DNA of 34,781 bases from an uncultured virus (IMG/VR IMGVR_UViG_3300005512_000007) (Duplodnaviria; Heunggongvirae; Uroviricota; Caudoviricetes): the IMG/VR virus record IMGVR_UViG_3300005512_000007. One strand, 5' to 3'. A model generated the notes under the pieces. That model did not search any database. It saw nothing but the letters and a program-made list of their open reading frames with translations, and was not told the DNA's origin. The translations under genes were made by a program, and so were the position numbers. Positions 1 to 7,840 of this stretch are shown here, piece after piece (positions within the stretch are counted from its first letter, which is position 1; every line of letters begins with the position of its first letter).

Positions 1-852
1 CACTTCCGTGTAGATCTCCAGCATCTGATCAACCGGATACCCCCGAATACCGTGGTTCACGTGTTCGATGCGCCTGTCAAGGTTGGACAGCAGTTCGACC
101 ACTTTGGCCGTGACGAACTCGTCGTACTTATTGGGCATCAACTCGCCGGTCTTGAGGTGGCACTCGGCGTACTCGGAGGCAAGGTGACCAAGCGCTTCCC
201 ATTCCTTCGCCTGCTCCACCGTTGCGTTGTGCTCGATGTAATAGGACACATCGTACAAGCCGGAGCGATTCCATTCGATGAGTTCGTCGGCCACCTGATC
301 CAGCGTTGCGTGCTTCGCCTTGAGTAACTCGATGATTTTGTCGAGGTGGTACTGAGAGCGAAGTCGATCTTCCACCTTGGCGAGTCGCTTGATCTGATCG
401 AAATCGAAACCCAACGAGATCCAGTACGGCCACACGGAGCCGGTCTGCTCCCTGTGGTCAATCGCCAGTGCGAGGATTTCCTCGTTGTTATCGGCGTTGG
501 GGTCAATCCGATCACGGAGATTGCCTTCTCGGGCAAAGTCAGACCAATAGAAACAATCCTCAAACGAGAACCCTGCGTCGAACCACGGGGTCACGTCGTC
601 AGGGTCTTTCCCCATTTGATTCACCCATGCTCGGTAGTTCCACGAGATTGCGCCGTGCATCTCCCAGAACTGAGCGGTTTCGACGGGCACATTGAGGCTT
701 GCCCAATCGTCTGCGAAACGGGAGTACCAATCAGATTCGATGTAGGGCTTCGCTTGGTCGTACGTAGCGCCTGCGTCGATGAAGGGTTTTGCGATGTCAC
801 GCTTTACGCCGTGTACCTCACGCCAGTGCTTGAGGGTTGCTCTGTCTGCCAT
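1..852 (-). CDS. Hypothetical Trp-rich protein, truncated by window edge (>284 aa, MADRATLKHWREVHGV...)
   Basis: Absent from the ORF track. Manual translation from ATG at 852 is open to base 1; preceded by GGAGG and the GGAGGACAACTGACATG junction motif. Confidence 0.8.
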   Translation of the reverse strand, partial: MADRATLKHWREVHGVKRDIAKPFIDAGATYDQAKPYIESDWYSRFADDWASLNVPVETAQFWEMHGAISWNYRAWVNQMGKDPDDVTPWFDAGFSFEDCFYWSDFAREGNLRDRIDPNADNNEEILALAIDHREQTGSVWPYWISLGFDFDQIKRLAKVEDRLRSQYHLDKIIELLKAKHATLDQVADELIEWNRSGLYDVSYYIEHNATVEQAKEWEALGHLASEYAECHLKTGELMPNKYDEFVTAKVVELLSNLDRRIEHVNHGIRGYPVDQMLEIYTEV

Positions 853-853
853 G

Positions 854-958
854 TCAGTTGTCCTCCTGATCTTCCTTGTTGAGTTCGTAGAGCGTGTCGA
901 TTACCACGAGGGCCATGAAGCCCCCGAAGGCGAGTGCGTACCAGATGAAGCCGGTCAT
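854..958 (-). CDS. Small membrane peptide (34 aa, MTGFIWYALAFGGFMALVVIDTLYELNKEDQEDN)
   Basis: ATGA overlap with the upstream gene; one hydrophobic segment; stop lies inside the junction motif. Confidence 0.65.
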   Translation of the reverse strand: MTGFIWYALAFGGFMALVVIDTLYELNKEDQEDN

Positions 959-1536
959 GACTCCACCCCCGTACGGGACGAGCGTGCCTGATAGACAGCG
1001 CCGTTGTGCATGGTGTCCTGTAGGTCCATTGCGTAGGTCCAGTAGCGGTCGTGCCAGTCGGCCTCCGCATCCATGTCGTCGAACCCACCGTCGGGGTATC
1101 GGGGCGAGTCGGGCATCTCACCGATCTCGAAACTGTGATCGTGGACGAACGTGCCCCCGTTGGTGACGGCCATAGCCCCTACGAAGTCCATACCCAACTC
1201 TCGGTAGGACGAGATGAACATGAGGTTCGGGAACTGTCGGGAGACCTCCGCCCAGAACGACGTGTTGAGCGGTGCCCACGCACTGTCATAGGTGTATGAG
1301 AGGGTGCATACCCCGTCATCCTCGATGTTTGCGTCCCACTCGACGTCGTTGATCCACTTGGTGCCCCAGTTCTCGGAGCGCCAGTTGTACCAGTTCTCGC
1401 CCACGTCCGAAGGCTCGGGGCGCAGGAGGGTGAAGTCGATGGACTCGTAGTCGTTGGCGCTGATGGCATCGACGAAGCGGTCAGCCTCGTCGGCTGGCCC
1501 GATCACGTCGAGCCTGTTGTGGCAGATGTTTGGCAT
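955..1536 (-). CDS. DUF1281/YubB-type ferredoxin-like fold protein
   Basis: MPNICHNRL...WYNWRSENWGTKW...YDSAWAP...YRELGMDFVG motifs; start reassigned to ATG 1536 after the junction motif. Confidence 0.8.
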   Translation of the reverse strand: MPNICHNRLDVIGPADEADRFVDAISANDYESIDFTLLRPEPSDVGENWYNWRSENWGTKWINDVEWDANIEDDGVCTLSYTYDSAWAPLNTSFWAEVSRQFPNLMFISSYRELGMDFVGAMAVTNGGTFVHDHSFEIGEMPDSPRYPDGGFDDMDAEADWHDRYWTYAMDLQDTMHNGAVYQARSSRTGVES

Positions 1537-1537
1537 G

Positions 1538-1900
1538 TCAGTTGCTCTCTTTCGTGTATGGGATGGTGTTGCGGTCGGGATGGTCTTCCCAGATCTCGTC
1601 GGCTCGCACTTCGTACTGAAGCATGACCGAGCAGGCTTCGCAGGCGTTGAGGACCTCTTCACCGGGGTGGTTGTCGAGGTAGTAACGGATGCGCTGGTGG
1701 CTCGGCACGAGCATGTAGTTCCGGTGGAACTCTTGGTACTCGGGAGTCTCCTCGCAGGAGCACTCGGGTCGAATACGGGCGATGTAGTCGTGGAGGTTCT
1801 TGGCGACCGCTCGCCACATCTCGGCCTCGATGTTCTCGGGACCCAAGAGCCACTGCTCGGTCTCTCGCTTGCGGTTGATGTCGTAGGCTTCCATGCCCAT
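1538..1900 (-). CDS. Hypothetical protein (120 aa, Cys-containing)
   Basis: GAGGAG SD; first gene after the promoter at 1939-1968; ends in the junction motif. Confidence 0.75.
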   Translation of the reverse strand: MGMEAYDINRKRETEQWLLGPENIEAEMWRAVAKNLHDYIARIRPECSCEETPEYQEFHRNYMLVPSHQRIRYYLDNHPGEEVLNACEACSVMLQYEVRADEIWEDHPDRNTIPYTKESN

Positions 1901-1938
1901 GTCAGTTGTTCTCCTCAGGTGGTATGGGTTGTACTGCT

Positions 1939-1968
1939 ATTTGTAATCGAGGGGTGTGACAATGTCAA
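1939..1968 (-). promoter_or_regulatory. Early promoter: TTGACA-17-TACAAA(T) with TGTCACACCC box in the spacer
   Basis: Consensus -35; same architecture at 3614-3643 and 7129-7159. Confidence 0.7.
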
Positions 1969-2402
1969 GAGACTTCTTCGACGCAGTCCTCTAGCAGGTT
2001 ACGTAGGAACTTCGACGTGAGTCGGTAAAACCGGCTTACCTCAGCGACCTTGAAGTTCCACCGAGCGTCGAGTGGGTTATGGGGACCCTCTGCGCCTCTT
2101 GGAGCGCTGTCCCAGAACGTGCTCGGGACGATGGTGATGATCTCTTCGATCTTGTCGGTGTACGTGTAGCCACGAACATCGTTCTCGACGACGAGCGTGT
2201 AGGGGAGGCCGGTGTCATCCGAGGCGAGGATGCGGTCGTTCTCTCCGGCCCAGTTCTCAAGACCGTGGCAGAGAGCGATCTCGCAGTCCCCGTACTCGTG
2301 GTCAACGGAGAGGATGCAAACGATGCCCGAGGCACCATCCGCTCCGTGGGCGTGGCGTGCGATGACCACGTGGTCGTCGCAGATGTTCTGTGGAATGTTC
2401 AT
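1965..2402 (-). CDS. Hypothetical protein (145 aa)
   Basis: AGAGGAG SD before ATG; fits operon tiling. Confidence 0.7.
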   Translation of the reverse strand: MNIPQNICDDHVVIARHAHGADGASGIVCILSVDHEYGDCEIALCHGLENWAGENDRILASDDTGLPYTLVVENDVRGYTYTDKIEEIITIVPSTFWDSAPRGAEGPHNPLDARWNFKVAEVSRFYRLTSKFLRNLLEDCVEEVS

Positions 2403-2418
2403 GAGTTCTCCTCTCGGT

Positions 2419-2574
2419 TCATGCCACGTCGGCTAAGCCGACTTCCGGTAGCCATATGATCTCGCAGGCACAGCAGGTCCACTTCTGCTGGCCCGCGTTG
2501 TCTGGCAGGTCGTAGCGGAACAGGCGCTCGGCCTTGGCTCCGCACGACGGGCAACTCTTGGGGCGCTCGGTCAT
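2419..2574 (-). CDS. Small Zn-ribbon protein (51 aa, CPSC...CCAC)
   Basis: Manual translation MTERPKSCPSCGAKAERLFRYDLPDNAGQQKWTCCACEIIW...; TGATG coupling and AAGGAG SD. Confidence 0.7.
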   Translation of the reverse strand: MTERPKSCPSCGAKAERLFRYDLPDNAGQQKWTCCACEIIWLPEVGLADVA

Positions 2575-2849
2575 CAGTTGTTCTCCTTGATGTAGATGTC
2601 AGCGCCTGAGCCAATGGTCATACCGCCACCGCCAACATCCTCGACCTTCACACCCGAGATGACCCCACGCTTGTAGGTGTACGAGATGCTGTCAGCCGTG
2701 GCCCAGTCGTGTGATGGAAGTCGTCGGTAAGTCATTCCGACCTTGAGGTCGATGGCTTTGATAGTCATATCAGTCTCTCCGCTTTGTTGTGCGAGTTCTA
2801 CGAGAGTCGGGATGAAACTCTCAGCGACTGTCACTTTGTACGTTGCCAT
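2574..2849 (-). CDS. Hypothetical protein (91 aa)
   Basis: Flanked by junction motifs; GGAGG SD. Confidence 0.75.
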   Translation of the reverse strand: MATYKVTVAESFIPTLVELAQQSGETDMTIKAIDLKVGMTYRRLPSHDWATADSISYTYKRGVISGVKVEDVGGGGMTIGSGADIYIKENN

Positions 2850-2850
2850 G

Positions 2851-3081
2851 TCAGTTGTCCTCCTCGACGAACCTGATCACGTTGTCATTGGCGCACGCCT
2901 CGCAGACGGGGAGGACGTGGATCTCACCGAGGTCGTCGGCATCGAGTTTGCCGTACACCTCGACCCTGATACCGACGGCCTCGGTCTCGGTGCCGTCCCA
3001 TGTTTCGCACGGGGTGCAAAGAACGCCCTTGCGCCAGAGCGCCCACTCGTGGTCGCCCGAGTATTCAAATGTGTCTCGCAT
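2851..3081 (-). CDS. Small Zn-finger-like protein (CTPC...CEAC)
   Basis: Two CxxC motifs; junction motifs at both ends. Confidence 0.75.
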   Translation of the reverse strand: MRDTFEYSGDHEWALWRKGVLCTPCETWDGTETEAVGIRVEVYGKLDADDLGEIHVLPVCEACANDNVIRFVEEDN

Positions 3082-3082
3082 G

Positions 3083-3373
3083 TCAGTTGTCCTCCTGTGT
3101 AGGTGCTCGTAGTTGTGGGAAGTAGACGATCTCTCTCAGTCCCATGCTGTCGTGGTCGGTTCTTTGTCTGGCGATGATGTCACCCAACTCAGTGTCAGAG
3201 AGGTGGTAGCCGAGTTGGTACATCAGTTGGTCAGTGTCTTGGGCGACGATGCCAACGCACTCGTCACCGTACATTCCACGACCGCTGTAGTCGGCGTAGA
3301 GGTCTGCGTCGGGGTCAGCCCTGCGTACCGCAAGGCTGAGGTCCCGTAGTTGGTCGCTGGTCAAAGTGGTCAT
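3083..3373 (-). CDS. Conserved phage hypothetical (YSGRGMYG motif)
   Basis: YSGRGMYGDECVGI...DSMG..IVYFP pattern recalled from phage early proteins; AAGGAG SD. Confidence 0.75.
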   Translation of the reverse strand: MTTLTSDQLRDLSLAVRRADPDADLYADYSGRGMYGDECVGIVAQDTDQLMYQLGYHLSDTELGDIIARQRTDHDSMGLREIVYFPQLRAPTQEDN

Positions 3374-3392
3374 GTCAGTTGTTCTCCTTGTC

Positions 3393-3578
3393 TCAGTTCG
3401 CTACCCAGACGGGGGCGAGAATGTCCTTGAGGGGGAAGCCGTGACCGGTGAGGTCAGGCTCGTGCCCCTCCTTGAGGTCGTTGACCATGTCTTCGGGGAG
3501 GTCCCCAGTGTGGATGAACATCACGTCGTCATCCAGTTCAAAGTAGGTGCCGGTACCGGCGTGGTAGATGATCTGCAT
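3393..3578 (-). CDS. Hypothetical protein (61 aa)
   Basis: GAGGAGG SD; first gene after the promoter at 3614-3643. Confidence 0.7.
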   Translation of the reverse strand: MQIIYHAGTGTYFELDDDVMFIHTGDLPEDMVNDLKEGHEPDLTGHGFPLKDILAPVWVAN

Positions 3579-3613
3579 GTGTGCCTCCTCAGGCGGTATG
3601 GGTTGATATGGAC

Positions 3614-3643
3614 AGTTCTAATCGACGGGTGTGACACCGTCAA
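3614..3643 (-). promoter_or_regulatory. Early promoter: TTGACG-17-TAGAAC(T) with TGTCACACCC box
   Basis: Same architecture as 1939-1968. Confidence 0.7.
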
Positions 3644-3656
3644 GGGTTTCTTTGAG

Positions 3657-3680
3657 AGTGGGGGGCTTGCGCCCCCCACT
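3657..3680 (-). terminator. 10-bp GC hairpin with GCAA loop after the VWA gene (terminator or processing stem, no U-tract)
   Basis: AGTGGGGGGC/GCCCCCCACT inverted repeat. Confidence 0.5.
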
Positions 3681-3682
3681 GC

Positions 3683-5728
3683 TCACTTGTTGAGGACACC
3701 TCGGAGTGCCCGAGTCAACTCGTCGGGCAGTTGCTCGACTTTCTTGATCTCGGCCACCTCGTCGGCACCGTACGCTTCCTTTGGGATGTAGTCGGAGGCG
3801 TAGCGCACGAGCACGATGTGGCGGTTGGGCCTCGCCCACTGCTGGAGGTCGAAGCCGTCGTTCCACTCACCGTCGGTGAAGACGATGACGAGGTGCTGTG
3901 TGGCACCCTCGTCGTTGTGGTTGTCGAGGTCGTTGAGCGCCTCGGTGGGATCGGTACCGCCGAGCGTGGGCCACACCTGAGGCTTAGGAGCACCGTCGCT
4001 CCAGATGCGGTGGTTCTGCCCGTCGCTGGACCAGAGCGTGAACGATGCTCCGATGCCGAGGTTCTGGCAGGCCAGAGCCGTGGCGTACACCGCCTCGCTG
4101 AGAGCGAGCATCGGGGCACCACCCATCGACACCGACACGTCGCAGAGCATCGAGACGTGAACGTCGAGGCCCTCGTTCGCCAGCCCGTCGAGGTTGCGGA
4201 AGAAGTCCCGATCCCCGACCTGCTTGGTGCGGTATGAGAGAGCGTCGATGGCACCCTCCTCCTGCTGGTTGCGCCAGACCGGCTGGCTCGTGGTCACGAA
4301 GTCGCTGAGAGCGTTCTCGATACCAACGGCGGTGCGATATGCGCTGGCGACCATGTAGTCAGGCATATCGGAGCCGACGAAAGTGATATCAGTCAGCCCA
4401 CCCTTGGTGACGGAGGCCACGGTGTTCTTCGTGATCTCCTGCACCTCCGAGTCGTTGTGGACCTCGGACTTGGCCTGCTTGAGCGCCTGCTCCAGAGCCT
4501 TCTGGAAGTTGTCTTGCCCCTCCTGAGGCTCCTCACCGGCACCGTTGCCGACACCGTGACCTTGACCGGAGTCAGTCTGAGCATCGTCGCTCTCGTCACC
4601 AGCACCGTCGGCACCGGCACCAGCACCGGCATCGTCGCCAGCGCTCTCGCCCTCGTCGCCCTCGGCCTTGGCACCAGCACCGTCGGCATCACCATCGTCA
4701 TCCTTGGTGTCGTCCTCGCCAGCCTCGGTAGCACCACTGGATGCCTTGTTCTCGGCCTCGTTGGTCTCACGCTCGGTGGCACCACGGTCGGGGTGGGTGT
4801 CGTGCTTCGACGTGTCATCGGGGATCTCTTGGTCGAGGAGGAACCTCGACGCTTCGATGACCCAGAACAGGAGGCGGTCGGGAGTGGTCGCCTTCTTGTA
4901 GCCGTTGACGATGTAGAGCCAGACCTCAGCCTTGGTGCCATCGTCTCCGACGTACTGGGTGTACCGGCGACGGGACTCGGCACGCAGTTCCTTCGGCAGG
5001 TAGTCACGACCGGCGAGCAGGAGCCACGAGAGGTTCTTCTGGTGATCGGTCTTGAGCAGGTGCTCGACGATCATCCGAGTGAAGTACGAGCCGATGCGAG
5101 GCACGTCCCTGACCACGGCGCACTCCATGCGCTGGTCCTCGATGGCGTTCCACGCACGGTGGGCACGCTGTGCCCACCCAGAGTTGCCGTTGTTCTTGGA
5201 GTCCTCGTCGAGGGCCTCTTCCCAGACCTCGATGGCCTTCTCCTTGAGGATCGGGAACGGGGTGGTGAACCGGAGGTGCCCCAACTCGTGCTGGAACACG
5301 CCCTTCATCTGGGCGACGGTGTCAGCGATCCGATCGGTGTCCATGACTGACCACAGGTTCTCGGGGTCGAACTTGCTCGGCCACCTGATCACGATCTGAT
5401 CGAAGTCGGTGTAGGCGGTCACCGTGCCGTCGTTCATCCAGCCGGTCTGGAGCGTGGTGGTGACGGACTGCTTGAGTCCGTAGGAGCGCATGACGGCGGT
5501 CTGGGACTCCATCGTCGAGTTCAGGATGTTCGACATGAACCGCTTGTAGTCGAAGTAGTCACGGTTCGCCTCACGGTTGACCGCCTCGTGGATCGAGCGA
5601 CGGATGGCACTACGGTGCTCGCTGAGACGCTTGTCCTGCTCACGCTTGAGTTGGTCGATGGCCTTGCGACGCTGACGGGTGACGGCCTGTCCGAGGCCAC
5701 GCTTGGGCTTGTAGTTGCTGGGAATCAT
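3683..5728 (-). CDS. VWA-domain protein with N-terminal HExxH metallopeptidase-like domain and acidic linker (CobT-like MoxR partner)
   Basis: HELGH and NAIEDQRME; D/G-rich linker; MIDAS DVSVSM...GGT...VFTDG; start reassigned to ATG 5728 after GAGGAGG. Confidence 0.85.
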   Translation of the reverse strand: MIPSNYKPKRGLGQAVTRQRRKAIDQLKREQDKRLSEHRSAIRRSIHEAVNREANRDYFDYKRFMSNILNSTMESQTAVMRSYGLKQSVTTTLQTGWMNDGTVTAYTDFDQIVIRWPSKFDPENLWSVMDTDRIADTVAQMKGVFQHELGHLRFTTPFPILKEKAIEVWEEALDEDSKNNGNSGWAQRAHRAWNAIEDQRMECAVVRDVPRIGSYFTRMIVEHLLKTDHQKNLSWLLLAGRDYLPKELRAESRRRYTQYVGDDGTKAEVWLYIVNGYKKATTPDRLLFWVIEASRFLLDQEIPDDTSKHDTHPDRGATERETNEAENKASSGATEAGEDDTKDDDGDADGAGAKAEGDEGESAGDDAGAGAGADGAGDESDDAQTDSGQGHGVGNGAGEEPQEGQDNFQKALEQALKQAKSEVHNDSEVQEITKNTVASVTKGGLTDITFVGSDMPDYMVASAYRTAVGIENALSDFVTTSQPVWRNQQEEGAIDALSYRTKQVGDRDFFRNLDGLANEGLDVHVSMLCDVSVSMGGAPMLALSEAVYATALACQNLGIGASFTLWSSDGQNHRIWSDGAPKPQVWPTLGGTDPTEALNDLDNHNDEGATQHLVIVFTDGEWNDGFDLQQWARPNRHIVLVRYASDYIPKEAYGADEVAEIKKVEQLPDELTRALRGVLNK

Positions 5729-5767
5729 TGGTACCTCCTCAGGTATCAGATGGGTATGGAGTGGTAT

Positions 5768-5802
5768 GAGAGGGGCAGGGAAGGGGGAACCCTGCCCCTC
5801 TC
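5768..5802 (-). terminator. 13-bp GC hairpin between the AAA+ and VWA genes (no U-tract)
   Basis: GAGAGGGGCAGGG/CCCTGCCCCTCTC. Confidence 0.45.
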
Positions 5803-5804
5803 GA

Positions 5805-7091
5805 TCAGACGACGCTGTCGGTTGCGTCGGTGGACGGAGCCGTGGCAGGAGCCTCGGCAGGACCGAAGACGCTCGTCGGGTACTCAGCCCTGAGCACGTC
5901 GAGGAAGCCTCGGTCTTCGATGATGGTCTGGACTCGCTCACGCTCGGCAGGAGGGAACATGCCGGTGAACACCCAGATGGCGTTGTCCACGCCGAACGTG
6001 GCGCAGTCAGCGTTGAGGCGCTGGAGGGCGCTGGTACCGACCGGCGTGGTCAGGACTCGCTGGTTGCGAGCCTCACGGATCGCACTGCCGATGCCACGGA
6101 CGGTGGGCGACGGGACGAGGGTCTCCTCGACGTTGTCGGCGTAGTCCCACGGCATCCAGCGGAACCGGTTGGTGCTGGCCTCGGCCATCGACTGCGTGCC
6201 CTTGTAGCCGGGGTTGATCGTGGCGAGGACCCAGAGGTTGGGGTTGGCCTTGATGACCTCGGGGGCATACCCACCGTGACCGTCGGGCACCGCTCGCTGG
6301 TAGTTCACGAACGAGCGCCGGTCGTCGAGCACGGGGTGCAGGGCAGTGGCCTGCGACGGAGCGACGGCGTTCCACTCGTCGAGGTAGAGGAAGCCACCGC
6401 AGTGGAGGGCACGAGGCACGAGGCCGTCCATCCAGACGAGGCTCTCTCGACCATCGACCACGACGGCGCTGGTCATGCCGAAGAGGTCGTAGTTGGAGAT
6501 GCCCACCGAGCCGTTCAGGGTGAAGATCGGGTACGGCTTGGGCAGGCCGTCACGCTCGGCTGAGAGCACGGCGAGGACCTGAACGAGCATGGTCTTGCCC
6601 GACTGGGTCTCACCGACGAGGGCGACGTTGGGGCTGTAGCCACGGCTGTCACGCTGGTCTCGCATGTGGAGCAGGTAGTCCACGTCGGTCAGGCCACCGG
6701 CCACGACTCGACTGACGTACTGCTTGACCACGTCAGTCGGGGGACGGAACTGGTCGAGCGCAGGGTCCATCGGATCGGTGATGGACTGGGCCTCGACGAG
6801 GCGACCCTGCTCGATGACGCTCAGGTCAGCGCCGACCGGCACTGGGGCTGGAGCCACCGGAGCAGGGAGCGGAGCAGGAGCGACGGACGGCAGTTCCAGT
6901 TGACGGGGGAGCACCCACGTCTCGTGGGCACTGCCGTTGGGACCGAGGCCCTCGATGGCGACGAGGACCTTGCGCTGGTGCTCGGTTCCATCGGGAGCCA
7001 CGTCGGGGCTGACGACGGAAGCGAGGTGGCCCTCGAAGGGACCGCTGGTGATCTGGACGGTGAGTCCACGGGTCAGGTGCTTGGCTTTCAT
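5805..7091 (-). CDS. MoxR/CbbQ/CobS-like AAA+ ATPase
   Basis: Walker A GETQSGKT, Walker B LYLDEWN, sensor ATINPGY, Arg finger STNRF. Confidence 0.9.
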   Translation of the reverse strand: MKAKHLTRGLTVQITSGPFEGHLASVVSPDVAPDGTEHQRKVLVAIEGLGPNGSAHETWVLPRQLELPSVAPAPLPAPVAPAPVPVGADLSVIEQGRLVEAQSITDPMDPALDQFRPPTDVVKQYVSRVVAGGLTDVDYLLHMRDQRDSRGYSPNVALVGETQSGKTMLVQVLAVLSAERDGLPKPYPIFTLNGSVGISNYDLFGMTSAVVVDGRESLVWMDGLVPRALHCGGFLYLDEWNAVAPSQATALHPVLDDRRSFVNYQRAVPDGHGGYAPEVIKANPNLWVLATINPGYKGTQSMAEASTNRFRWMPWDYADNVEETLVPSPTVRGIGSAIREARNQRVLTTPVGTSALQRLNADCATFGVDNAIWVFTGMFPPAERERVQTIIEDRGFLDVLRAEYPTSVFGPAEAPATAPSTDATDSVV

Positions 7092-7128
7092 GGTGACCTC
7101 CTCAGGTCTGGGTATGGGTTGGTTGGAT

Positions 7129-7159
7129 ATTGCTATCAGGTGGGTGTGACAGTGAGCAA
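7129..7159 (-). promoter_or_regulatory. Early promoter: TTGCTC-18-TAGCAA(T) with TGTCACACCC box
   Basis: Third copy of the architecture. Confidence 0.6.
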
Positions 7160-7160
7160 G

Positions 7161-7469
7161 TCACCCGACAGCGGTGCTGTTGGGGAACGTGCGCTTGATG
7201 AAGTGGGCGGTCTTGCCCATGCTCTGGGTCGAGCCGAGGGTGATGAGGGCGAGGTCGATGCTCCCACCCTCGTACTCCCAGATCGACACCGAGCCGTTGC
7301 GAGCCTTCCAACTGATGACGGCGAGCGTCGGACAGTCTCGGCTCTTGATCAGGGCGATGTCTCGCACCGCCTCGGACTCGCCCTCGATGTTCATGACGGT
7401 CGAGTTGGCCGTGGCCGTGATCGTGACGGCGAGCGTCCCGATCTGCTGGGTCTCGTGGAGCACGCTCAT
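7161..7469 (-). CDS. Hypothetical protein (102 aa)
   Basis: ATGA overlap; GGAGG SD. Confidence 0.7.
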   Translation of the reverse strand: MSVLHETQQIGTLAVTITATANSTVMNIEGESEAVRDIALIKSRDCPTLAVISWKARNGSVSIWEYEGGSIDLALITLGSTQSMGKTAHFIKRTFPNSTAVG

Positions 7470-7771
7470 CGCAGGCCCTCCTGCTCCTCGTAGTCATCGA
7501 CGATGGCCTCGGCCACCGCACGACGGGTGGGCACGTCGAAGACGCTCCACCAGCGGTCGCTGGGGCTGGCGAACTCCTTGCAGTAGCGACGGGCGCACTG
7601 CCCGACGACGGCCTCGATGAAGGCGACGGCCCGAGCCGAGTCATACTCGCCTCGACGTACGTGCTTGCCGATGGTGGCGAGCGCCTGCTGGACCTGCTGG
7701 TACGAGGTGGAGTCGTTGTCGATGTAGAGGCTGAGTTCGACAGCCTCGTGGTTGTAGGTGCTGGTGGTCAT
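7466..7771 (-). CDS. Hypothetical phage early protein (ELSLYIDND motif)
   Basis: GAGGAGG SD; helical acidic protein. Confidence 0.75.
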   Translation of the reverse strand: MTTSTYNHEAVELSLYIDNDSTSYQQVQQALATIGKHVRRGEYDSARAVAFIEAVVGQCARRYCKEFASPSDRWWSVFDVPTRRAVAEAIVDDYEEQEGLR

Positions 7772-7811
7772 GTTCCCTCCTCAGGGTTGGTATGGGTTGG
7801 TATGGGTAAGG

Positions 7812-7835
7812 GGGGAGGGGGTTGCCCCCCTCCCC
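7812..7835 (-). terminator. 10-bp GC hairpin with GCAA loop after the helicase gene (no U-tract)
   Basis: GGGGAGGGGG-TTGC-CCCCCTCCCC on plus strand. Confidence 0.45.
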
Positions 7836-7840
7836 GTCGG

